This document shows positions 47,488-56,173 of a stretch of 64,000 nucleotides of DNA, one piece after another. Every line of letters begins with the position of its first letter. Within the stretch, counting starts at the first letter, position 1. Both the position numbers and the translations under genes were made by a program. Origin of the DNA: Candidatus Thorarchaeota archaeon. Its GTDB lineage: Archaea; Asgardarchaeota; Thorarchaeia; Thorarchaeales; Thorarchaeaceae. The stretch is from positions 2,933-66,932 of the forward strand of contig JAEOUG010000039.1 in the NCBI GenBank assembly GCA_016839445.1, in the 5' to 3' direction. Below the pieces are notes generated by a model, which made no database searches, was not told the DNA's origin, and saw only the letters and a list, made by a program, of their open reading frames with translations.

Positions 47488-48861
47488 GTGTTTGACTTGG
47501 CTCGTTCGGATCTTTTCGAGTATCACAAGAGAGAGCAGTATCCAAGCCATAAGAAGGCAATAGCCGGGATTCTTGTAGTATTCGGCGGCTTCATTGGTTT
47601 TGGAGTGTTTGCCCTCTGGAATCTATGGGTGGAATACAGTTCCCAGATAATCGGTGCGCTGACTGACCTCGGCGTACCAGCCCTTCTCACGGACAATCTG
47701 TGGCTTGTGGGAGTGGCTGTTGGCGGCCTGATCTTCTTGAGTATCATCATGGCACTCTTGGCATCGACTGCCGCCAAGAGGCTTGGTGGAACGCTCATCT
47801 ACATCGGCGCCGGCGTGATGAACCTACTCACTTTGGCGATCCCAGTGTTTGTGCTCCTTATGGGGGCGCCCATTGAAACGATATGGCCCGTATTCATCCC
47901 AGGCCTGTTCACTCTCCTTATCACTGTGCTACTCTTCACCGTCTTCAAGAACCGAGTAAGAAGAGCTGGTGAGATAATCAAGCTGACAGGACAGGTGACC
48001 CTCGACGAGAAGGGGACATTCGTGCCTCCTCTCCTGACAATGATCTTCACTCTTGTATCTGCGCTGCTCTTCGGCGGCATTCTAGTCTACTTCATGCCCG
48101 ATGTCGTGTTCGGCACTGTCGAACTGACGTTGGAGAACGGATGGCCTTTCGCTGTCGGAATCGTCGTCTACCTCTTCGTGACGATCTTCTTCTACAACTT
48201 CGCCTACTCTACTACGTCAGCCATAACCTACATCTATATGCGTGGCAGAGACCCCTCTCTGGGCGATGGCGTAAAGGCATCCTTGGGAGTGGTAGGAGGC
48301 CTAATTGCATTAAGCATCATGAGCGTCTTGGTCGCAATCGTCAGGATGATTATCAGTGCCGTCGCGAGGCGGTCCTCGTCCCCCATAGGGAGAGGAATAG
48401 GGTATGCTGCAGAAGGAGTCATTGGTTGGGTCTGGGCACTGATCAACTTCTTCACCATCCCTGCCATGGTGGCAGAAGAGCTGGGTGCGAAGGATGGCAT
48501 CAAGCGTAGTGCGGGCTTGGTAAGGAAGAACTTCGTCGACGTGATGATCAAAGAGACCGCCGTCAGGTGGGGTTTCGGAGTGCTCGCCTTTATGTTCTTC
48601 ATCGGCTTTGCAGCTGCAGGAGCGCTGCTCGGCTGGCTCTGGGACGGTAGCATGCTCGCCATCATTGGGTTTGCGCTTGTCTTCACCGTCTTCGCCTCGA
48701 TACCAAGTGCTCTAGTCCTGAGAACCTTTGACATTGTCTACGTTACTCTGCTGTACGTGTTCATCCGCCAGAAGGAGGGTGAGTTCACAGGCAGCGAGAT
48801 CAAGGGTCCGATGAGGCAGGAACTGGATAGGGCATACTCTGCTGCGCAGGGTTCAAGGTAG
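47488..48861 (+). CDS. Polytopic membrane protein (hypothetical)
   Basis: 457 aa with about 8-10 hydrophobic helices. I recognise no family with confidence. Confidence 0.6.
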   Translation: MFDLARSDLFEYHKREQYPSHKKAIAGILVVFGGFIGFGVFALWNLWVEYSSQIIGALTDLGVPALLTDNLWLVGVAVGGLIFLSIIMALLASTAAKRLGGTLIYIGAGVMNLLTLAIPVFVLLMGAPIETIWPVFIPGLFTLLITVLLFTVFKNRVRRAGEIIKLTGQVTLDEKGTFVPPLLTMIFTLVSALLFGGILVYFMPDVVFGTVELTLENGWPFAVGIVVYLFVTIFFYNFAYSTTSAITYIYMRGRDPSLGDGVKASLGVVGGLIALSIMSVLVAIVRMIISAVARRSSSPIGRGIGYAAEGVIGWVWALINFFTIPAMVAEELGAKDGIKRSAGLVRKNFVDVMIKETAVRWGFGVLAFMFFIGFAAAGALLGWLWDGSMLAIIGFALVFTVFASIPSALVLRTFDIVYVTLLYVFIRQKEGEFTGSEIKGPMRQELDRAYSAAQGSR

Positions 48862-48867
48862 TGCAAT

Positions 48868-48892
48868 TGGTGTGGTGGAGAACACCACACCA
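48868..48892 (+). terminator. Hairpin plus T-rich tract downstream of the membrane-protein gene
   Basis: T-GGTGTGGTG-gagaa-CACCACACC-A, a 10-bp stem, followed by CCTCATTCTTTCC. Confidence 0.5.
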
Positions 48893-48962
48893 CCTCATTC
48901 TTTCCTGTTGGGCTTGATTCGCAAGAGTCTAAAGCAGGAATACCACCGACGCAACAGAGGAA

Positions 48963-49982
48963 ATGACAATGGATGCGAAGACAGCGGCTGCCAATGCCCT
49001 TGAGGCCGTCCTTGAGGCTAGACCCGGAGAATCAATCCTGATTGTCACGGATGACGTGAGAAGAGATGTCGCGCAGGCCTTTGCAGACGGGGCCATCGAG
49101 CTTGGCCTATGGACGAGGATGGTGGTCCTAGATACGAAGGAGGATGTCTACCGGAAGGATGTGCCCCCTCACCTCGTTGAGATGATCAATGCTCAGAACC
49201 AGCCGGACATCTTCATCAACACCCTGCGAGGCAACGCGCAGGAGACCCCCTTCAGAATCAGGATCATCAAGCTCCAGACACGGAAGGGTAGATCACGTCT
49301 TGGCCACTGCCCAGGCATCACCATGGACATGCTGACCGAAGGCGCACTGGCCCTCACGAAGGAGGAGAATGCGGGAATGCAGGCTCACGCGAAGGCCCTG
49401 ATTGCACTCCTCCAGGATGTGGAGTCGGTTCACGTTAAGGCTCCGGGAGGCAGCGACTTCACACTGAATGTCAAGGGGAGGACTTGGTTCACTGACACAT
49501 CAATCAGTTGGAAGGACATGAAATGGATGAATCTGCCAACAGGCGAGGTGATCATAGGGCCTGTAGAGAACGGCATGAACGGCAGACTCGTGTGCGACCT
49601 TGCTGTCGGTGGCGTGGGGCCGCTGAAGAAGCCGGTGACTGTGGAAGTCAAGGATGGCAGGGTCCAGTCGCTCTCATCTGATGACGGAGAGGCCATCAAG
49701 ATCATTGAAGAGGCTCAGGCCACGGATGAGATGGCGAAGCATGTCGGGGAGTTCGCCTTTGGACTCAATCCCAAAGCACGGATAGTCGAGGAATTCCTAG
49801 AGAGCGAGAAGGTGGGCAACACCATCCACGTAGCCTTCGGCAACAACATGGATTATCCTGGTGTCGTGGCGAATAATTCCGCGAACCATCAGGACTTCTT
49901 GGTTGACAAACCAACAGTCACAGTGACGTATGCCGATGGACGTGAGCGAGTAGTTATGACAGACGGCGTCCTCGGGCTGTAG
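48963..49982 (+). CDS. Aminopeptidase, M29 (AmpS/aminopeptidase T)-like
   Basis: 339 aa with ...RPGESILIVTDD...NLPTGEV...GEFAFGLNP...TIHVAFGNN..., as I remember for the M29/COG2309 family. Confidence 0.55.
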   Translation: MTMDAKTAAANALEAVLEARPGESILIVTDDVRRDVAQAFADGAIELGLWTRMVVLDTKEDVYRKDVPPHLVEMINAQNQPDIFINTLRGNAQETPFRIRIIKLQTRKGRSRLGHCPGITMDMLTEGALALTKEENAGMQAHAKALIALLQDVESVHVKAPGGSDFTLNVKGRTWFTDTSISWKDMKWMNLPTGEVIIGPVENGMNGRLVCDLAVGGVGPLKKPVTVEVKDGRVQSLSSDDGEAIKIIEEAQATDEMAKHVGEFAFGLNPKARIVEEFLESEKVGNTIHVAFGNNMDYPGVVANNSANHQDFLVDKPTVTVTYADGRERVVMTDGVLGL

Positions 49983-50224
49983 TTTGGCCCCGGCTCACGC
50001 CTCTATCAAAGCCACTCGAAAGCCTTCTCCCAAGTCAGACTAGAGCCCGAGTATGGGTTAAGGTAGACTGTCCTATAGAACTCACGAAGCTCCCCATGTT
50101 CCTTGGCCTTCGCATACGTCGGAAACACAAAATCAGTCCGGCCTATGAAGTAGGTGAAGATGTACGGAGCGAAGAAGTTGACACGACCATCAGAGGTCTT
50201 TTGGCCGATGAAGGAGATTGAAGA

Positions 50225-51226
50225 TTAGGCATACTTCTGTGTCCTGTAGCCCCTCTCGACCATATAGTCTACTGCTTCCTCTGCAGACTTGCCTTCGTGG
50301 TTGAGCATGATAGCAGCATTGATACTCGTGACTCGTCTCAATTTGTACAGCTCGTTGACAACTCTGACGGCAGGATCCTCTTCCTCGACTTCCAAGAACT
50401 CCTTAGCTGTGTCAGCTGTCCCTTCCGAGATGACGCAGCGACCGGTGTGCAGTGGCACAATCGCCAGTTCTAGGTTCCCCGTCTCGCGATATTCTTTCTC
50501 TCGCCACAGGTTCGACACATGGTGTTCATACTCGTGGTAGATGACACTTCTTATCGTATTCATGTTGAACGTGTTATCAACGTTGAATTGATTGAGTGAC
50601 TTGAAGTCGCCCTTGTACCAGTTGTAGCCACTCCAAGGTTCTCCGGTTACGGCCTCGTAGATGACGCCGTTGTCCTGGACATGCTCGCCCATCTTGCTGA
50701 ACACACGTTCTCTGAAGAGTCCCCCTACTTCTGCAGCCTTCTCCTGCAGGTCCCCCTCTATGAGGCTCCTGAGCTCATCCCCTGTAACTTCCCCCTGCTC
50801 GCCAAAGAGCGTCACCTTCTCTCGTAGGTCAGACCCAGGGTATCCCTCAATCTCTGCTTCAACAGACTTGATGTAGTCATCAACGACGGACTCGCCGAAA
50901 CGCTTCATTGGAATGTGGAACAGTCCCTCCACGAGGTCAGGATACGGAATCCTTGAACCTGACAGCCAATCTACGACTGCAATGAGAGACATGACCTCGC
51001 CCTTCATGTACTCCTCACGCAAGGGGTCTTCGACTTCATCTGCAATTGCGTCAATCAGCCGCTCGAGATTCTCTCTTAGCGTCTTCGGATCGCCTTCGTA
51101 CTGCATCAGGTCAGGATGAAACTCGTCAGGGCCGAAGTAGGCGTCGACCACACTGACGCCCGTCATCTGCTTCGTGAAGCCACCGACCTGTCCACAAAGA
51201 CGCACAAACTCCTTCGAACCGTCCAT
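50225..51226 (-). CDS. HExxH zinc metallopeptidase-like protein (gluzincin-like); the frame continues past an in-frame TAA to 50006
   Basis: 333 aa with IYHEYEHHVSN (HExxH) and a downstream ISEGTAD. The same frame stays open for 72 more codons after the TAA at 50225-50227 (see findings). Confidence 0.7.
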   Translation of the reverse strand: MDGSKEFVRLCGQVGGFTKQMTGVSVVDAYFGPDEFHPDLMQYEGDPKTLRENLERLIDAIADEVEDPLREEYMKGEVMSLIAVVDWLSGSRIPYPDLVEGLFHIPMKRFGESVVDDYIKSVEAEIEGYPGSDLREKVTLFGEQGEVTGDELRSLIEGDLQEKAAEVGGLFRERVFSKMGEHVQDNGVIYEAVTGEPWSGYNWYKGDFKSLNQFNVDNTFNMNTIRSVIYHEYEHHVSNLWREKEYRETGNLELAIVPLHTGRCVISEGTADTAKEFLEVEEEDPAVRVVNELYKLRRVTSINAAIMLNHEGKSAEEAVDYMVERGYRTQKYA

Positions 51227-51291
51227 TGCTACCGTAAGGGGCTTCCCGTCAACTGCACTTAGGGTTTCCCATATGTGAAGGATTGCGTGGT

Positions 51292-52047
51292 CTACATCCG
51301 CAGTGGTGAACGCCCGAAGAGCCGACTGGAGCCATCCTTCATGCAGAGCGTGAAGACAGCCTCATCCTTTGAGATCTCGACTTTCGTGTGCAACTGAGTG
51401 ATTCCTCCTCTGACTCTCTTGGAGAGGAGAGTTCCTGTATTATAGAGGACCATGTCACCTAGACGCCACATCCACGGAACATGACGGTGTCCATTTAGCA
51501 CGAGCGAGCATCTGGCAGAGTCCAAGACACCAAGCACATCTCCTGCGTCCTCGACGACGTTATGTTCCCTGCCCGTGTGGGGTACGGGAATCAAATGATG
51601 GTGGAGGGCAAAGACCTTCACCTTACCCTTGCTCCTTCCGTAGAAGTCTCGAATCTCATTGTACTTGACACGGCCAACGTGGCCGGCGTCGTTATCTGGC
51701 TCGGAGCTGTCTGCAGCATAGAGAGCAAAGTGCTCTGTTTCGTACGTCTTGAATCTCTCACCGAAGAGCTCCTCGAAAATCGCCGAGCCGTAGTTTCGTT
51801 CATCGTGATTTCCCGGAATTACGATTGAAGGAAGGCCCACCTCAAGCAGGACACTGGCTGCGCCTTCATATTCCTCTCTGAGCCCCTCTGTTGTGAGGTC
51901 CCCCGTCACAAGAAGAACTGGCGATGGAGACGAGGAGGCGTCTTCCTCAATGCGCCGGATAGCGCGTTCAAGGTCTTTCGTCTTGACTCCGGCTTCTCCT
52001 ATGTGAATGTCACTCATATGATAGACTGTGGCAACGATATCTGCCAA
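51292..52047 (-). CDS. Metallophosphoesterase (calcineurin-like)
   Basis: Contains VYHMSDIHIG, GDLT, GNHDER, ALHHH and NGHRH. The TTG start at 52047 directly abuts the upstream stop; an alternative ATG is at 52017. Confidence 0.85.
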   Translation of the reverse strand: MADIVATVYHMSDIHIGEAGVKTKDLERAIRRIEEDASSSPSPVLLVTGDLTTEGLREEYEGAASVLLEVGLPSIVIPGNHDERNYGSAIFEELFGERFKTYETEHFALYAADSSEPDNDAGHVGRVKYNEIRDFYGRSKGKVKVFALHHHLIPVPHTGREHNVVEDAGDVLGVLDSARCSLVLNGHRHVPWMWRLGDMVLYNTGTLLSKRVRGGITQLHTKVEISKDEAVFTLCMKDGSSRLFGRSPLRM

Positions 52048-54177
52048 CTACCTGAAACCTCCTGACACGCAGGCACTGTGACAAGCACTGTGACAAGCAC
52101 TATGGCACACGCAGGCACTGTGACAGGCGCTATGGCATGCACTGTGACACGCATCATGGGACACACAGGCACTATGACAGGCGTCGTGCGAGACACAGCG
52201 ACTTGTGCCCTCAATCAAGGGTCTCAGTGGCTCCGAAATGATCTGGCCCACATTGTTCAGCACACTACCTATTGTCTGTGCCACGTTGTTAATGATTTGG
52301 CCCGTTGTTGCCGCGACATCTCCCACCACTCTGCCAACGCTGCTGATGGCGTTGCCAGTGGCCTCGGATAGTCCGGCGAACCAGTCTGGAACCGTAGGAG
52401 GTGCCATTGCAGTTCCGGGTTTGGTAAAGGCGTCATTGAGATAGTCGTTGTGCCTTGGGTGCATGTAGAGCCAGTACCAGGCCCAAGAGTCGTAGTATCT
52501 GCGGTTGAAGTAATAGTCCATTCTGCCATCAAGGGTGGGCTCCTGATTCAGCTCATCCCAGGCGCCATCAACCATCTCATCATGATGAGCCCGTGTGGCC
52601 TCGAAGTCAGCTTGCCATGCCTTCTCCTGGACTCTATCGGCAAGCTCCTCTAGCATCTCGTCGACACGGTTCGGATCAAGTCGCCCGTCGACTATGGCAG
52701 CCACGAACATCTCTTCATAGTACGTGAGGTCCTGGAACTGCAGTCCTGTTACTGATAGCTCAAGCGGATCGGTTGACAGGACTCGGACAGCACCCTTTCT
52801 AACACACGACATCAGAATCATGGAAACAAGCTTCTGGCGCGTTGTGTTGATGAAGAACGCGGACTCAATTGGGTCAAGCTCAGCCACAGTCCCTGGCTCT
52901 CCAAATGTCTGGATGGCAATCTCAGGGGACTCATAGACGTAGGTTGTGTCATCGGCGGTCCATTTGGCACCATAGCCACTGGTTGCCTTCTTGTAGCCAT
53001 AATAGACAAGCCCAATTGCCACTACTCCTGCGAAGAGAAGAATGAGGGCTTCCGGGGTCAGCAGGGGAGGGATGTACTCCCTGACATATACATCGACAGA
53101 GAACTGCTGCCAATATGTGCCGTTCAGATTGCTTACTGAAATCTGGAACTCAATGGTCAGAATCTCAGGTGTGTTTGCAGGCACGAATCTATAGACGGTC
53201 TCTATCCCCTCTCCCCCATATAGGGATCCTAGATAGGTGATTGCAGAGCCGGAGGTCAACGTGAGATTCTCCGGAACCGACATCGCTATGGTGACATCCT
53301 CAAGAACCAGATCCCCATAGTTGAACACGTATATCTCGAGTTCGAACTCGGTATCTGCATTGGCGTTGATGTATGGCTCTGTGGTGTAACCTATGGCTCC
53401 CATCTCGGCATAGGCCTCGTAGAAGCTCCAATTGGTGTAGTGGAAGACTCTGAAGTGATCGTAAGGTGCAAGTGCCGATTCCTCAAGACTCACTGTGAAG
53501 TATCGTGGGTCCGCCGACGAGCTGTAGGGATATGCAAGCAGGTTCTCTTCGTCAAAATCATCACGCGATCCACCTGACCACAGACCTTGGTTCTCGTCGA
53601 CAACGTATCCCGCGAATTCAGCACCTTCTGTGGTCACGCCATGACTGGGCTCAATCCATGCCGGACTCATCTCTATGGGGTAGACCACCTGCACCTGTTC
53701 ATAATCCACGGGAACATTCCATTGCACAGGTGCCCAGTTGAAGACGCCAAGGTCTCCGTAGGTCACTGACGTAGTCATCTCAACCACGCGGTTGATGCTG
53801 AAGTAGCCAAAGACTACGAGAACGGTCTCTCCCTCGGGTGTCTTGGGCACCCAATCAAGGGCGTAGCCTCCGCTTCTCTCGGACACAATGAGGTCATATC
53901 TGCTGCCACCCCATTCAACGTAGGCGCGACTTGGGTCATCCACTGTTGTCTCCTCGATTCCGAGAAGATCGAAGCCTCCAAGAGAACCACTAACCACTGA
54001 GATCTCAATCCAGTACGTGACATTGATACGTCCGTTCTCTTGCACCCACACGTCAACGAGGATGCTGTCCAGATTGACTTCCGGAGCCTGACTTGGAACA
54101 CTGGCATTCACAACAACAGGAGTGAAGACAACCAGTAATAGACAGATGAACACTAGGTGTCGTAGGTCCCGTTTCAC
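52048..54177 (-). CDS. DUF2207-like membrane protein with a C-terminal (A-C-H-S)n Cys/His repeat tail
   Basis: 709 aa with a signal peptide and a DUF2207-like N-domain (LDSILVDVWVQENGRINVTYWIEISVVSGSLGGFDLLGI). It has one central TM helix and a post-TM LDPIESAFFI...MSCVRKGAVRVL segment. The tail is CVSHDACHSACVSHDACHSACHSACHSACVCHSACHSACHSACVSGGFR. Confidence 0.75.
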   Translation of the reverse strand: MKRDLRHLVFICLLLVVFTPVVVNASVPSQAPEVNLDSILVDVWVQENGRINVTYWIEISVVSGSLGGFDLLGIEETTVDDPSRAYVEWGGSRYDLIVSERSGGYALDWVPKTPEGETVLVVFGYFSINRVVEMTTSVTYGDLGVFNWAPVQWNVPVDYEQVQVVYPIEMSPAWIEPSHGVTTEGAEFAGYVVDENQGLWSGGSRDDFDEENLLAYPYSSSADPRYFTVSLEESALAPYDHFRVFHYTNWSFYEAYAEMGAIGYTTEPYINANADTEFELEIYVFNYGDLVLEDVTIAMSVPENLTLTSGSAITYLGSLYGGEGIETVYRFVPANTPEILTIEFQISVSNLNGTYWQQFSVDVYVREYIPPLLTPEALILLFAGVVAIGLVYYGYKKATSGYGAKWTADDTTYVYESPEIAIQTFGEPGTVAELDPIESAFFINTTRQKLVSMILMSCVRKGAVRVLSTDPLELSVTGLQFQDLTYYEEMFVAAIVDGRLDPNRVDEMLEELADRVQEKAWQADFEATRAHHDEMVDGAWDELNQEPTLDGRMDYYFNRRYYDSWAWYWLYMHPRHNDYLNDAFTKPGTAMAPPTVPDWFAGLSEATGNAISSVGRVVGDVAATTGQIINNVAQTIGSVLNNVGQIISEPLRPLIEGTSRCVSHDACHSACVSHDACHSACHSACHSACVCHSACHSACHSACVSGGFR
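52051..52197 (-). repeat. 12-nt-period coding tandem repeat (GCACTGTGACAR-like units on the plus strand)
   Basis: Visible units on the plus strand are gcactgtgacaa, gcactgtgacaa, gcactatggcac, ...gcactgtgacag, gcgctatggcat, gcactgtgacac, ...gcactatgacag. They encode period-4 ACHS/ACVS repeats. Confidence 0.85.
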
Positions 54178-54207
54178 ACTGCTACCCTCTAGTACAACTT
54201 CGTCGGA

Positions 54208-54687
54208 CTACTCGCCTCGTCGGGCTCTGATTATCTCGGACTGGGCAATGGTAAGGTTGGAGAGGTCGGCCTTTGCAGAGGCCCACTCTTCGAGGTCGGG
54301 AAACTCCTGAATCATGCCTCCCCAGATGAGGTGGTAGACACGTTTGAGTATGTTATCAGAGTCAGAGCCGCTGCCTACGTACTCGAAGAAACACTTCACG
54401 GTGGCCGGGCTCTGGTCAGTCATCTTCTCAGGGACTTCAGTACCGAATCCTGCAAATGCAACGTCAATCTCCTTTAGAACGTCCATCCGCTCACGAATAC
54501 CAGCGGCAATCACAGGCAGGTCCATGTCGTAGGCACTGAAGTGCATTATCAGCTTCTTCCCACTGATTGTACCATATGGTAGCTTAGTCTCTTTCGCACT
54601 CATGTATGACACTCCGCAGCGATACTGAGCCCTGTTCAGTACCATGGACTGATAAAGTCTTTCAGAGGCCGGCATGAAGAATCCCAA
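54208..54687 (-). CDS. Hypothetical protein
   Basis: 159-aa ORF between the rSAM gene and the DUF2207-like gene. The start is probably internal (MSAKETKL at 54603), because only 29 bp would otherwise separate the divergent starts. Confidence 0.5.
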   Translation of the reverse strand: MGFFMPASERLYQSMVLNRAQYRCGVSYMSAKETKLPYGTISGKKLIMHFSAYDMDLPVIAAGIRERMDVLKEIDVAFAGFGTEVPEKMTDQSPATVKCFFEYVGSGSDSDNILKRVYHLIWGGMIQEFPDLEEWASAKADLSNLTIAQSEIIRARRGE

Positions 54688-54716
54688 TCCTTAAGATTCC
54701 CGCAGTTCCTGCCAAC

Positions 54717-56150
54717 ATGATGTCTGGCCAAGACTCTCCACCCCAATATGACTATACCATGGAGGACCTTCACTGGGTCGATAGGTTTGTAGACGAGGTG
54801 AGGGACTTCTTCTTTGTGAGGCCAGAAGACAACCTACTGATCTTGCGTCCAAACAAAGTCATGCACCTGAACGTCACTGCAATGAAAATGCTAAGAATGC
54901 TCCTTGATGGACATGGCACAGAATCAGTAGTCGACCACTTCGTGTCTGCGGGGGCGGAGAAGCAGAGAGTACTCAATGATCTTGCAGCTTTTGTCGATGA
55001 CTTACGCAACATGACAATCGGGAATCAGAACATCTACACATACAGCACTGCAAAGATTGTCCCCTTCGGCACTGGTGACATTGACTATCCAGTTCTAAGC
55101 GAGATTGCTGTGACATATCGCTGCAACAACAAGTGTAGATTCTGCTATGCCTATTCTCCCTACCGAGACACCAACGAGATGTCCACCGAGGACATCAAGA
55201 GAGTCATTGACATCATCGTCGACGACGCCAAGGCTCCGAGCCTGTCATTCACGGGGGGTGAGCCAACTCTCAGAGAAGACCTCTTCGAGCTCATTAGTCA
55301 TGCGCGGAACAGAGGCCTTCGGGTCAATCTAATCACGAACGGCCGTCGCTGTGCAAGCAAGGAGTTCGTTGCGAAACTCGTAGAAGCGGGCCTCCACAGT
55401 GCCCAGGTCTCAATTGAGGGCCCCGATCCTGACACACATGACTACATTGTGGGAGCACCCGGCGCCTTTGCCCAGACTGTGCAGGGAGTCAAGAACCTCC
55501 GCGAGACTGACATCTACACACACTGCAATACTACCATCTGCCGACCGAATGTTGACAAGCTGGAGGAACTCGTGGACTTCTTGGCTGATGAGCTCAAGTT
55601 ATCCTATTTCAGCATGAACATGGTAATCTACACAGGGACCGCAGCAAAACTCCGCGACGAGCTTCAGATTACGTATTCGGAGATCTCGGACATCGTCAAG
55701 AGAGTGAAGCGTAGGGCCAACAAGAAAGGAATCCAGTTCGTTTGGTATGCCCCAACACCGGTCTGTCTATTCAACCCGATTGCCCACGGGCTGGGGGCGA
55801 AGAACTGCGCCTGCTGTGACGGACTGATCTCTGTGGACCCGGAGGGCGGATTGCTGCCGTGCTCAAGCTTCAGCGAACCCGTGGGGAACCTCTTAGAAGA
55901 GGGTTTTGACAGAGTATGGAACAACAGAGCGTCGAAGTTCTGGAGGGCTAAGGACTTCGCCCCAGAGGGTTGTAAGGCCTGCAAGCACTTTAGCTACTGC
56001 TTTGGGGCGTGTCCACTGTACTGGGACGTCCACGGATTCGATGAGATAAAGCAGTTCTGGCCAGAGAGGAGTCGAGTGCGTGAGAAGGTCGACGAAGTCC
56101 GTCTTAATCTCCGAAGGAGGATTCGGGGCGACCAACACGGCATTACTTAG
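54717..56150 (+). CDS. Radical SAM/SPASM-domain enzyme with an N-terminal PqqD-like (RRE) domain
   Basis: CNNKCRFC (C136/C140/C143, 55122-55145), SFTGGEPTL, and a C-terminal 8-Cys block NCACC..LPC..GCKAC..YCFGACP. The N-terminal ~100 aa read NLLILRPNKVMHLNVTAMKMLRMLLDG...LNDLAAFVDDL. An alternative start is at 54759. Confidence 0.85.
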   Translation: MMSGQDSPPQYDYTMEDLHWVDRFVDEVRDFFFVRPEDNLLILRPNKVMHLNVTAMKMLRMLLDGHGTESVVDHFVSAGAEKQRVLNDLAAFVDDLRNMTIGNQNIYTYSTAKIVPFGTGDIDYPVLSEIAVTYRCNNKCRFCYAYSPYRDTNEMSTEDIKRVIDIIVDDAKAPSLSFTGGEPTLREDLFELISHARNRGLRVNLITNGRRCASKEFVAKLVEAGLHSAQVSIEGPDPDTHDYIVGAPGAFAQTVQGVKNLRETDIYTHCNTTICRPNVDKLEELVDFLADELKLSYFSMNMVIYTGTAAKLRDELQITYSEISDIVKRVKRRANKKGIQFVWYAPTPVCLFNPIAHGLGAKNCACCDGLISVDPEGGLLPCSSFSEPVGNLLEEGFDRVWNNRASKFWRAKDFAPEGCKACKHFSYCFGACPLYWDVHGFDEIKQFWPERSRVREKVDEVRLNLRRRIRGDQHGIT

Positions 56151-56173
56151 GATGAGCCATGGCAGGGGGGACT

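Noticed and set aside
52014-52371. ORFs 52014..52214 (-) and 52078..52371 (+), with repetitive VTVPAC / TVTGAMA peptides.
   Set aside because: They are alternative-frame and antisense readings of the 12-nt tandem repeat that encodes the ACHS tail of the 709-aa protein.
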